From contig OZ242383.1 in NCBI GenBank assembly GCA_965209155.1, positions 992,001-1,056,000 on the forward strand: 64,000 nt of DNA. The letters run 5' to 3'. Every line of letters starts with the position of its first letter. Positions within the stretch are counted from its first letter, which is position 1. The translations under genes were made by a program, and so were the position numbers. Below the pieces are notes generated by a model that was not told the DNA's origin, made no database searches, and saw nothing but the letters and a program-made list of their open reading frames with translations. Positions 50,141-59,419 of this stretch are shown here, one piece after another. The DNA comes from a bacterium. Its GTDB lineage: Bacteria; SAR324; NAC60-12.

Positions 50141-51445
50141 GGTTCATCCGATTAATGCGTACCTGGATCGGTGAAGGGCCATTATTTTCAGCTTAAAAAA
50201 TTCTTCATCCCGATAACCGTAGGCTTTCTTTTGCAGGGTCTTAATTTTATTGTTGGTTCCTTCCAAGGGGCCTGTAGAAATAGGGATGTCGTAGTAAGCC
50301 AGTATTTTTTTGCTGTGTTTATTGAGAGTTTTCGCAAAACTTTTGAGAATTTTGATTTTCGATGTGAAGGCCGCAGCAACCCAATCTTGAAGAAAATGAG
50401 AGGCTTGGGTTTTATTGTTCTTCGACCAAAGTGACCTCAAGTCTTCTTTGAGATAATAGGCAATGGCCAAGGGTTCATTTAACGCGAGAGCCTCTTGCAG
50501 TCGTTGTTGCTCGTCTTTTTCTTCATTGAGAGAATCGGGACGTTTGAGCAGCAACCATCGGGTTCCTTTGATTACTTCTTTTTCTTCTTCACTGGCTTTT
50601 CTTTGAAGGGAGCGCCTGAGTTTATCAATTTTATCATTGAATAATTTAATCACATGAAAATGATCAAAAACGTGAAGCGCTTCAGAAAGATTGTCATCGA
50701 TCGCTTTACTAAAGGCCGGAGACATGTCGGTCGCGACGGCTTCGATTTTCGCGCCACTGTTTTTCAAACGTTTCCAAAATTTGTCGAGGGCTTTTCCCTC
50801 TTTGCCTTGGCCCACATAAACCACCGCACCACTTTGGAGGTCCAAAACCAGGGTCAGATAACGATGTCCTTTGCCGATACTGATTTCATCAATCGCGATC
50901 TGTCGCAAATCCTTTAAATTGGGAGAGGAAAAATGTTTTTTCAGATAACGTTTTTCGATGCTTTTCACGGTGTTCCACTCGAGCTTCAAATGCCGAGATA
51001 CATCTTGAATCGTTATATACTGAAGTAATTCGAGAACGTACCTTTCAAAGGCATGAGTATAACTCTGTTTCTTGCGGGCAAAGGAAACTCCCACTTGTCG
51101 GGTGATCTGACAAGCTGAACAAAAAATTCGCGGTATTTTTAAGTGAAGCTTCACGGGTTTTTTTCCGATTGGAAGGCTGCGCCACTGACGTTCTTTAAAA
51201 CCTTTACGAATCACTCCTAAACTCCGACATAAAGGGCAACGAATGCGTTGCACGGGTTGTCGAATATAAAAATGAATTTCTCCAAAGCAATATTCGGTCT
51301 TTTCATAATGATAGCCCTTCAGGCCAAACGCATGATACATTAAGCTGGTTGACATAAGATTCTCCTCTTAGGTTGTGTGTTACCACCTAGTGGAGATGAT
51401 TATGTCGATATTTTCAATTCAAAGTACGCCTATTTCGGAAGAACC
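50141..51445 (-). mobile_element. ISL3-family insertion sequence
   Basis: Terminal inverted repeats ggttcatccgattaatgcgtac and (reverse complement) ggttcttccgaaataggcgtac enclose the transposase; the flanks are not duplicated. Confidence 0.9.
50144..51355 (-). CDS. ISL3 transposase
   Basis: Zn finger CPLC/CSAC, AIDE, TDMS, FDHFH and LEGTNNKIK...YGYR. Confidence 0.95.
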   Translation of the reverse strand: MSTSLMYHAFGLKGYHYEKTEYCFGEIHFYIRQPVQRIRCPLCRSLGVIRKGFKERQWRSLPIGKKPVKLHLKIPRIFCSACQITRQVGVSFARKKQSYTHAFERYVLELLQYITIQDVSRHLKLEWNTVKSIEKRYLKKHFSSPNLKDLRQIAIDEISIGKGHRYLTLVLDLQSGAVVYVGQGKEGKALDKFWKRLKNSGAKIEAVATDMSPAFSKAIDDNLSEALHVFDHFHVIKLFNDKIDKLRRSLQRKASEEEKEVIKGTRWLLLKRPDSLNEEKDEQQRLQEALALNEPLAIAYYLKEDLRSLWSKNNKTQASHFLQDWVAAAFTSKIKILKSFAKTLNKHSKKILAYYDIPISTGPLEGTNNKIKTLQKKAYGYRDEEFFKLKIMALHRSRYALIG

Positions 51446-51449
51446 ATTA

Positions 51450-51571
51450 TTAAGTTCCTGTGCTGGTTCGAATTCCGTACTTTTTCATTTTGTTGAAGAG
51501 GGTGGTCCGGGAGATCCCCAGGGCGGCAGCGGTTTTTACCTTGTGGCCCTGGGAATTTTTCAGGGCACTGA
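51450..51571 (-). pseudogene. Diverged duplicate of the Fis-HTH end of the large regulator
   Basis: GHKVKTAAALGISRTTLFNKMKKYGI as in 52202-52298, with a different tail. Confidence 0.9.
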
Positions 51572-51666
51572 TAATATTAATTGATTTTCATTGATCAAAT
51601 AACCCTATTTGTGTAAAGTTTAAATTCAATAATATGATTCCTCTGTAATCTTTTATCTGGAGAAAT

Positions 51667-51858
51667 ATGATGACTGTTGCAACGATCAAAGAAGATGCAA
51701 AACAATTGATTGATCAACTTCCGGACGATTCGAGCTGGGAGGATTTGATTCATGAAATTTATGTTCGGCAAACCATTGAAGCAGGACTTGCAGATAGCCA
51801 CGCAGGTCGTACAAAAGATGTAGACGAAGTGAGAAAACAGTTTGGATTGATGCCATGA
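51667..51858 (+). CDS. Antitoxin of a RelE/ParE pair
   Basis: LIDQLPDD.SWEDL..EIYVRQ.IE.GL.D; overlaps the toxin. Confidence 0.85.
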   Translation: MMTVATIKEDAKQLIDQLPDDSSWEDLIHEIYVRQTIEAGLADSHAGRTKDVDEVRKQFGLMP

Positions 51859-52148
51859 AAATCCACTGGACGGAAACGGCTCTTGAACATTTAAAGGGAA
51901 TCCATTCTTATATTTCACAAAACTCCCCAGCATATGCCAAACGAATCATCGATCGTCTCACAAAAAGATCTCAACAGATTGTTGATTTTCCAAGGTCAGG
52001 GCGGATAGTGCCTGAAATGAAATCTGAGCATATCCGTGAGGTCATCGAGGGACCTTATCGCATTATTTACTATATCAAATCGAATCAAATTGATGTTTTA
52101 GCTGTCATTCATGGGGCAGAGAATTTTCCATGGGGGCAGAAGTTCTGA
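51855..52148 (+). CDS. RelE/ParE toxin
   Basis: IHWTETA...FPRSGRIVPE...IREVI..PYRIIY...LAVIHG. Confidence 0.92.
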   Translation: MKIHWTETALEHLKGIHSYISQNSPAYAKRIIDRLTKRSQQIVDFPRSGRIVPEMKSEHIREVIEGPYRIIYYIKSNQIDVLAVIHGAENFPWGQKF

Positions 52149-52182
52149 TTAAAACCTACCTCCTTTCGGGATTGTGCCACCT

Positions 52183-55100
52183 CTACTCTCTCCCATCTAT
52201 CCCGTACTTTTTCATTTTATTGAAGAGGGTGGTTCGGGAGATCCCCAGGGCGGCAGCAGTTTTTACCTTGTGACCCTCATAATTGTTCAGGGCATTGAGA
52301 ATCGTCGCTTTTTCACAATCCGCGAGGGTCTGATCCAGCGTCATTTTCCCATGGTTGATGGTGTCTCCGAAATTTGAAGTTTCGCTGATTTTGGAATTTA
52401 TCCGTTCCCCCAGAAAATCGACCTCTCCCTGGGAGACATAGCGATGCAGAGTGTTTTGCAACTCCCGGACATTGCCCGGCCAATCGTAAGCTTGCAGGGC
52501 TTCCAGAAATCCCGGTGTGATGGGCTTTCCTTGTTGAAGCGGTGCCGTGGATTTCAAAAAATGCTCGACCAGCAGAGGGATATCCTCTTTTCTTTCCCGG
52601 AGCGGGGGCAGGCGAATGGGAAAGACATGAATCCGGTAATAGAAATCTTCTCGAATTTGCCCCGTCTTTACCCGGTGACTCAGGTCCTGGTTTGAAGCCG
52701 CGATGAACCGGATATCAGGCTTGATGACCTCTGTAGTGCCAACCGGGGTAAAGCCGTTGCCCTCCAGGACACGAAGCAGTTTAACCTGCAGGTTCAGTCC
52801 GATATCGGCCAGTTCATCCAGGAACAAAGTCCCTTTGTCGGTCAGGTGCAGGAAACCCCGCTGATCGCTATCGGCCCCGGTGAAAGCGCCTTTTTTGTGT
52901 CCGAAGAACTCGCTCTCGATCAGGTTTTCGGAGATGGCCCCGAGGTTCACCGGGAAAAACACTTGCTCCTTGCGGTCACTAGCCTCGTGAATGGCCCGGG
53001 AGACCAGTTCTTTCCCGGTTCCCGATTCGCCGTAGAGGATCACGTTCATATCGGTGGCCGCCGCTTGTAAAATCAACTCGTATACCCGTTGCATGGGTTC
53101 GCTTTTTCCGATAATGTCACCAAACCGAAAGCGGTCTTTGGTGCGGGCTCGCAGGCGGACATTTTCCTCTCGCAGGGAGGTTTCGCTCGCTTTCAGCTCG
53201 TCCAGCGCTTTTTTGAGGTTTTCGTGAAGTCTGGCATTTTCCAGGGAAATGGCGATCTGGGAGGTGAGGTGTTTGAGCACCTCGAGTCGCCGGGAGGTGA
53301 AGGCTCCCTCAACCAGGTTATTTTCCAGGTAAATGATTCCGCTCAAAGATGACTTGTGAGTGATCGGTGCGCACAGGATGGATTTGGGGCGCTCCTTTTT
53401 AATATAGTCATCCCCGACAAACCGTTCCTCCCGAGAGGCGTTGTCCAAAACCAGGTGTTCCCGGGTTTGTTTCACCCAGGAGATGACCGAGAGGGAGAGG
53501 GATTCAGCCTTTTCCACAGGCAGGGAAAGCGGTAGAAAACATTCGACCTGCTCGGCACTCCCGCGGGCAGCAATGAGAGACTGACCTTCGGTTTCCAGAA
53601 TCAGGGCTGCTGTCTGAGCACCGGCATTTTCCATGAGAATGCCAAGCAGGATCTCCAGCAGCGGTTCCAGCTCGAGGGTACTGGAGATGGCCTCCGAGGC
53701 TTTGAGCATCGTCGTCAGGTCCAGGTTGGCCGAAGGAGACGCCGCCCCTTCGGCACGATCATCGGCAATCAGCCCGGGATATCGAGACTTAAGATGCGCG
53801 ACCTTCCGTTTTGCCCCCCAGGCTTCGTACTGCTCCATTGCTGAGCGCAGGTAAGACTTGGCGGCGTCGTTTTGCCCCTGGTTGAGCAAGTACCTGGCTG
53901 CCAGTTCATTGGCCAGGGCTTCCTCGTGGATAAATTCGCTCTCTCTGGCTAAAGCGATGGCCTGGTCATAGTGGTGCATAATGGTATCGCTTTGACCCTC
54001 CAAAACCCGCAACCGTTCGGCTTCCACCAGGTGGTATTTATGCAAATAATTGGGCGGTGCGCAGCGCGCCAGTTTCTCCAACGTATCCTGATTGTCATCG
54101 ACCTGGTTGAGGATCTCCTTCTTTTCCCCCTCGCTCCCCTGATCGCAAACTGCCAGGAGAGCGAGGGAGAGGTAGCAGTTGGCCAGGGGATCAATAAGGG
54201 CATGCTTGTAGGTTTTCATCAGGATGATCATTTCAAAAGCCGTCTCCCGAGCTGCTTCGTATTCTTCGAACAGGGTTTGCAGCACCAGCTTTTGGTAATT
54301 AAAATTGCTCTGCTCATAATAGTTGTACTCTGCACCCCTCCCCCTATCGTATTGATCCATGATGCCTCTTGACAGGCTCGCAGGTTCCTCCATTAGAATC
54401 GTGATTGTCTTCATCAGCATTTCGGCATGGGGAGACCCGATAATATAATCGATCTTCTTGAGAGCAAGCTTCAGCGTCGACAATTCCCCTTTCAGCCAAT
54501 TCAGATCCTTCCCGCACATAAAGGCTAACTGACATCTTATGACGGCATTATTACCGGCATTGTAGAAATCTCCCGTCTCGATTCCCATCTTATGAGCTTC
54601 CAGCAAGGGCTCCAATGACGCCGATAGCGGCTCCCGGTAGAATCGGATCACGCGGTTGAAAACCCCGGAAACTCTACAGTTTATTTCCTTCAGATCAAGC
54701 GCTTCCATGAGCTGTATGCTCAGACGACCGAGTTCATAACCAAATTCAAAATCCTGCATAAACTCGCAATATATACCTCCAAGGCCACTATAGAACTCGG
54801 GTGAATATTGCGGATGGAAATGATTGAGCAGCAAAGAGATACGTTTTAAAGTAATAGGATGCCAAAGACCGTCATCCAAAGTAATCCCAGCCAAGCCATA
54901 GGCCAAATGGATATCAGATAGGATATGGACAAGAAACTCGGCATGTGGTTGGGTGAGCGGCTCAAAGCGCATCACGTCTTCGACGCTTTTACCGACCAGG
55001 CCGGATTTGATTTTAACGAGGGTCTGCTGCCACTGGTCGAGAGACAGACGGCTCAGTTGACACCCCAATTTCTCTAGAATTTCCTCGCCCATTTCCAGGG

Positions 55101-57969
55101 CCTTCTTTAATTTGCCCCGGGTCGTGTACGCCTGGATCCGGCATCGATAAACATTGACCAGGTCCGGGTCTTCTCGGGCGTTGTCTTTTACGGCACCCGC
55201 CAGCTTCTCCATCAACTCGAAGCGGCCGCAGAGCGATGACATCTCCGTGGCGGCTTCATGCAGGGATAAGGCCAGGGGGTAATGCCGTTTCCAGGCGGCG
55301 GCTCCTAAGAGATCCAGGCCCAGGGTAAAGTATTCCAGAGCCTGTTCAAAAGCCGAAGCCGCCCTGGCCTGACGACCGGCTTCCAGGTTGAGTTCCGCCA
55401 GGTGCAATCGGTCTTTCCATTTATTCTTCAACCCCAGGGCCAGGTTGAGATGGTGGACGATGTCAAAAAGCAGAGCGTCACTTTTTCCAGGAGCGTATTG
55501 CTTGAGCAGGGTCTGACCGATTTGAAGATGGACCGGCTGTCTCTCCTTTTGTGCAATGAGGGCATAGGCAGCCTGCTGCACCCGGTCATGCAGGAATTTG
55601 AAGCTGCCGCTCTCCGGGGTCGTTTCGGCGGTCGGATTATCCGGATGCGGGGCCCGGGAAAAACCGAGAATCAACCCGTTTTCAAGGGCCGGCAACAGGT
55701 TCTCATCGATCTCCCTGCCTACGGCTCCGCTGATCCGTTCCAACGATTCCAGGTTAAAGGTATTTCCGATACAGGCCGCCAAGCTCAAGAGTCGCCTGGT
55801 TTCAAAGGAAAACCGGTGGAGCCGGTCAATCAGCAAATCCACCACATTCTCGGTCACCGCCAGGATTTCGATGGCAGCCAGCTCCCAGGTCCATCGGTTT
55901 TTCTCGGGGGAGTAGGAGATCAGCTCCTTTTCGGAGAGTAGGGTCAAAAACTGGCTCACAAAGAAGGGGTTGCCACCGGTTTTGCGCACCAGAACCTCGG
56001 CCAGCGGGTTTGCGTCCTCAGGACGGCAGTGGCAGGTATGGACGAGCAGTTGTGAGATGTCCTCCGGTTTCAGGGGCTTTAAGGGGATCGTCTGCAGCGG
56101 CTGGCCAGTTTTTTTGATCACCTCACAACTGATCGTCAGCCGGTGATCGGCCTCCACCTCGTTGTCGCGATAGGCTCCCATGAAAAGCAGAGGTTTCCTC
56201 TCCGGATCCTGAGCAATGCGTTCCACCAGCTTGAGGGTATCGGCGTCCACCCACTGCAAGTCGTCCAGAAAAATAACCAGCGGATGAGTCTTTTCACAGA
56301 AAACAGAGATGAAATCCAGTAAAACGGCAGTGAAGCGATTGCGGGCCTCCATCGCTGCCATATCCGGCAGCGGGGGTTGCGGGCCGATCACCTGTTCCAG
56401 TTCCGGGATCACCTGGGTTATCAGTTGTCCGTTGGGCCCCAGGGCTGCCCGTATCCTGCTTTTCCAACGCTCCATTCTAGATTTCTCTTCGACTGATACC
56501 TCCCGGATGAGTCCCCGCAGCGCCTGGACCAGGGCGCTGTAAGGGATATTGTGCCGGAGCTGGTCAAACTTGCCGGAGATGAAGAAGCCGTTTTTTTGGG
56601 CAACGGACCTTTGAATTTCACCGACCAGGACGGTTTTACCGACACCAGCGCTTCCCGAGACCAGCACCATCTCGGTCGATCCCTGACTGACTCGCTCCAG
56701 GGCAGCTTCCAGATCAGTGATTTCATTCTCCCGGCCGTAAAGCCCCGGGGCGATCTGCAATTCTTTGGGAATATCCTGGCGGCCCAGGGGAAAGTCAGAC
56801 AGGCTCCTCTGGTTTTCCAGTTGCTCCACACATGCCAGCAGATCGGCGGCAAGGCCCGAATGACTCTGGTAACGCGCCTCGGCACGCTTGGCCATCAGTT
56901 TCATCACCAGGCGGGAAAGGGTTTTGGGCACCTGCGGCGCCTTCTGGTCCAGGGGTACAGGTTGCCGGGCAATGTGAGCGTGGATGATTTCCATGGCCTC
57001 CCGGGACCCAAAAGGCACCCTTCCAGTGAAAAGTTCATAAATGGTGGCCCCCAGGGAATAAAAATCACTGCGATAATCGACCACCCGGTTCATCCGGCCG
57101 GTCTGCTCGGGGGAGATATAGGGCAGGGTTTCCCCACTTAGCTGGGGACTCAACGTCGTCAAATTTTCCTTAGGCAACCGGGTGGCCAGGCCGAAGCCGC
57201 TCAGTTTGATGTTTCCTGATGCCGGATCGACAAAAATGTTGAACGGGTTGATCATTTTATGCAGGATGCCCTGCCGGTGCACTTCTTTCAGGATGCTGAT
57301 CAGTGAAACCGCTACCTTCAGCGAGTCCAGCAGGTCGAGCCGGGCGGTATCCATCAACTTTCTTAAAGGGAGCGCGTCAGTATTTTCCAGGATCAAAGCC
57401 CATCCGTTTTCACACCGCACCAGTTCCCGTGATTTGAGGACCCCATCGATCTTGAGAGCCTGAGTGATCTCATGCTCATGCCGCATTTCCGCCAGCTCTT
57501 GTTCACTCTGCTCGGAAACCGATCCCTTGACCAGGACCAAAAACCCATCGCTTTGCCGCCTGCCGCGCCAGAGCCGGGTCCGCCCACTTTCAAAAACGAC
57601 CTCCTCCAGCGAGTAACCCGGAATCTCGGGTTTTTCCCCACTGGAAACGGACTTCGTTTTGTTCACAACCGATTCAGGAGTTACAGGAGAGGCTTTATTA
57701 TTCTTCGAATCCGCCGGATCATGACCCAGGATCACCTCATGCAGCAGGTTCCTGGCAATGTTGCGCGCTTCTTGGGCGGTCAAAACCCCATGAGTGCCAA
57801 TGGTATAGCGCCTCAGTCGTCCCTTGATGCGGTATTGCAGGAGATACACCCGTCTGCCCTTTGGGGTTATTTTACAGCCGAACATCGGCAACTCCGTATC
57901 CCACAGGAAGCGGTCTTTTCTCTCGCATGGTAGATTTTCGACGGATTGCTTGCTGATTTTGCCTTTCAT
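52183..57969 (-). CDS. 1928-aa fusion: integrase arm-binding domain, kinase-like domain, P-loop NTPase, helical region, GAF, sigma-54 AAA+ and Fis HTH
   Basis: LWDTEL..FG...G..V....YR..G..RR.TIG.HG.LT..EAR..A; YISPEQTGR; GSAGVGKT and FLDDLQW; IIYLENN; GESGTGKE; GAFTGA; WPGNVREL; AAALGISRTTL. Confidence 0.92.
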   Translation of the reverse strand: MKGKISKQSVENLPCERKDRFLWDTELPMFGCKITPKGRRVYLLQYRIKGRLRRYTIGTHGVLTAQEARNIARNLLHEVILGHDPADSKNNKASPVTPESVVNKTKSVSSGEKPEIPGYSLEEVVFESGRTRLWRGRRQSDGFLVLVKGSVSEQSEQELAEMRHEHEITQALKIDGVLKSRELVRCENGWALILENTDALPLRKLMDTARLDLLDSLKVAVSLISILKEVHRQGILHKMINPFNIFVDPASGNIKLSGFGLATRLPKENLTTLSPQLSGETLPYISPEQTGRMNRVVDYRSDFYSLGATIYELFTGRVPFGSREAMEIIHAHIARQPVPLDQKAPQVPKTLSRLVMKLMAKRAEARYQSHSGLAADLLACVEQLENQRSLSDFPLGRQDIPKELQIAPGLYGRENEITDLEAALERVSQGSTEMVLVSGSAGVGKTVLVGEIQRSVAQKNGFFISGKFDQLRHNIPYSALVQALRGLIREVSVEEKSRMERWKSRIRAALGPNGQLITQVIPELEQVIGPQPPLPDMAAMEARNRFTAVLLDFISVFCEKTHPLVIFLDDLQWVDADTLKLVERIAQDPERKPLLFMGAYRDNEVEADHRLTISCEVIKKTGQPLQTIPLKPLKPEDISQLLVHTCHCRPEDANPLAEVLVRKTGGNPFFVSQFLTLLSEKELISYSPEKNRWTWELAAIEILAVTENVVDLLIDRLHRFSFETRRLLSLAACIGNTFNLESLERISGAVGREIDENLLPALENGLILGFSRAPHPDNPTAETTPESGSFKFLHDRVQQAAYALIAQKERQPVHLQIGQTLLKQYAPGKSDALLFDIVHHLNLALGLKNKWKDRLHLAELNLEAGRQARAASAFEQALEYFTLGLDLLGAAAWKRHYPLALSLHEAATEMSSLCGRFELMEKLAGAVKDNAREDPDLVNVYRCRIQAYTTRGKLKKALEMGEEILEKLGCQLSRLSLDQWQQTLVKIKSGLVGKSVEDVMRFEPLTQPHAEFLVHILSDIHLAYGLAGITLDDGLWHPITLKRISLLLNHFHPQYSPEFYSGLGGIYCEFMQDFEFGYELGRLSIQLMEALDLKEINCRVSGVFNRVIRFYREPLSASLEPLLEAHKMGIETGDFYNAGNNAVIRCQLAFMCGKDLNWLKGELSTLKLALKKIDYIIGSPHAEMLMKTITILMEEPASLSRGIMDQYDRGRGAEYNYYEQSNFNYQKLVLQTLFEEYEAARETAFEMIILMKTYKHALIDPLANCYLSLALLAVCDQGSEGEKKEILNQVDDNQDTLEKLARCAPPNYLHKYHLVEAERLRVLEGQSDTIMHHYDQAIALARESEFIHEEALANELAARYLLNQGQNDAAKSYLRSAMEQYEAWGAKRKVAHLKSRYPGLIADDRAEGAASPSANLDLTTMLKASEAISSTLELEPLLEILLGILMENAGAQTAALILETEGQSLIAARGSAEQVECFLPLSLPVEKAESLSLSVISWVKQTREHLVLDNASREERFVGDDYIKKERPKSILCAPITHKSSLSGIIYLENNLVEGAFTSRRLEVLKHLTSQIAISLENARLHENLKKALDELKASETSLREENVRLRARTKDRFRFGDIIGKSEPMQRVYELILQAAATDMNVILYGESGTGKELVSRAIHEASDRKEQVFFPVNLGAISENLIESEFFGHKKGAFTGADSDQRGFLHLTDKGTLFLDELADIGLNLQVKLLRVLEGNGFTPVGTTEVIKPDIRFIAASNQDLSHRVKTGQIREDFYYRIHVFPIRLPPLRERKEDIPLLVEHFLKSTAPLQQGKPITPGFLEALQAYDWPGNVRELQNTLHRYVSQGEVDFLGERINSKISETSNFGDTINHGKMTLDQTLADCEKATILNALNNYEGHKVKTAAALGISRTTLFNKMKKYGIDGRE

Positions 57970-58061
57970 CGTCCTCCTGCCATTTTAGATATCAAATAGA
58001 AATCATTGATGCTGCTTGTCGCATCGATTCCGCATGACTCATCGGGCAATGTCACCGATGT

Positions 58062-58158
58062 TGAAAAGGAACAGTAATAAAATAGCAATCAATAGTCAAC
58101 AGAATTATTTATCAAAGAGAATCCTGCAACGTCACTGCTGCTGAAAAGGGACAGCAAT
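58062..58158. repeat. 17-bp imperfect direct repeats upstream of the arm-domain gene
   Basis: tgaaaaggaacagtaat (58062) and tgaaaagggacagcaat (58142). Confidence 0.6.
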
Positions 58159-58269
58159 CACATAACATAATTGAGAAACTAGAGAGATCCGCGCTTAAAT
58201 CGATGGGTTCTCGGAAGATACCTGAATAGTTACCAAGATTCATAGTTTGGTTTGCTTGAATACCTCAGT

Positions 58270-59412
58270 TCATAAAAGATCTTCCAGCTGAGTAATCGCA
58301 TGAGAAAAACGTCGGAATAGTTCTTCCTGGTTTTCTGAAAGATTTTGTTCAGAAAAGCTCAGACGGATCATGGACTGCGCTAATTCGGTTTTCATTCCGA
58401 TGGATCGCAATACATGCGAGGTTTGAATTTTTCTGGAACTGCAGGCAGATCCTGCGGAGACAAATATTTTTTCTGATTCCAAATGATGTAATAACACTTC
58501 AGCAGGAATACCGGGTACCGCCAGATTCAAATAATATGGCAAGATATGGGGGGATTGGAAAATGTTCACTCGGGGACAATCATTCGCTAAAAACTCCAAC
58601 CAATCCCGTCGATACTTTTTAAAGGTCTCATAATCTGCGGACCGCCGTTGCTCCCTGAGAGAAGCGGCTTCTCCAAAAGCAACAATTGCAAATACATTCT
58701 CGGTGCCACTGCGTAAACCATATTCCTGTCCACCTCCTACAATCAAAGGCGCCAGGGAGATGTCATGGAGCAAGACCAGGGCGCCAATTCCTTTTGGTGC
58801 TCCAATCTTATGACCACTGATTGAAAATAAATCGATTTGGGAAATTTTTAAGGCGAGAGGGATTTTCGTAAACGCTTGGACCGCATCGACATGAAATAGC
58901 GCTTGCGGATTTTTTTGTTTGATCACCCTTCCAATTTCATGCAAGGGCTGCATAGTACCGATTTCATTGTTGACTGCCATACAAGATACCAATCGGGTAT
59001 TTTCCGAGACTAAGGTTTCTAAATGACCAACGTCAATCAATCCCAGAGAAGAAGAACGAATATAATCTACCTGGAATCCTTTTTTTTGAAGCACCTCGGA
59101 AGCTCTGAGAACAGAAGGATGTTCGATACTTGAAACAATGATTTGATTTCCCTTTAAACCAGCGCTACCGGCGATGGCATAAAGCGCTAAATTATTGGAT
59201 TCGGTTCCACTGCCACAAAAAATAATATGCTTCGTTGGCACATGAAACGTACCAGCAATTTGCATCCTTGCTCTTTTAACCGCTCTTTCAGCATCCAATC
59301 CGAATCGATGCATTGAAGAAGGATTGCCATAGCATTCTTTTAAAAATGGAAGGCTTTTTTCCAGAACGTCGGGAATGACCGCTGTGGTTGCGGCATTGTC
59401 GAGATAGAACAT
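58270..59412 (-). CDS. Cysteine desulfurase (IscS/NifS class)
   Basis: YLDNAATT, GNPSS, HVDAVQ, SGHK and SAGSACSS. Confidence 0.93.
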   Translation of the reverse strand: MFYLDNAATTAVIPDVLEKSLPFLKECYGNPSSMHRFGLDAERAVKRARMQIAGTFHVPTKHIIFCGSGTESNNLALYAIAGSAGLKGNQIIVSSIEHPSVLRASEVLQKKGFQVDYIRSSSLGLIDVGHLETLVSENTRLVSCMAVNNEIGTMQPLHEIGRVIKQKNPQALFHVDAVQAFTKIPLALKISQIDLFSISGHKIGAPKGIGALVLLHDISLAPLIVGGGQEYGLRSGTENVFAIVAFGEAASLREQRRSADYETFKKYRRDWLEFLANDCPRVNIFQSPHILPYYLNLAVPGIPAEVLLHHLESEKIFVSAGSACSSRKIQTSHVLRSIGMKTELAQSMIRLSFSEQNLSENQEELFRRFSHAITQLEDLL

Positions 59413-59419
59413 ATAAAGA

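Larger units (their letters stand above)
3349..58200. mobile_element. Genomic island / hypervariable accretion region between rdgB and the cysteine desulfurase gene
   Basis: Housekeeping genes on both sides; inside are many TA pairs, an ISL3, gene fragments, blocks of visibly different GC content and an integrase arm domain at the right end. No att duplication found, so boundaries are approximate. Confidence 0.75.

Noticed and set aside
3349..58200. Classical integron
   Set aside because: No IntI and no recurring attC-like palindromes at cassette borders that I could find; the joins fall inside genes
3349..58200. Prophage or ICE
   Set aside because: No structural, replication or conjugation genes
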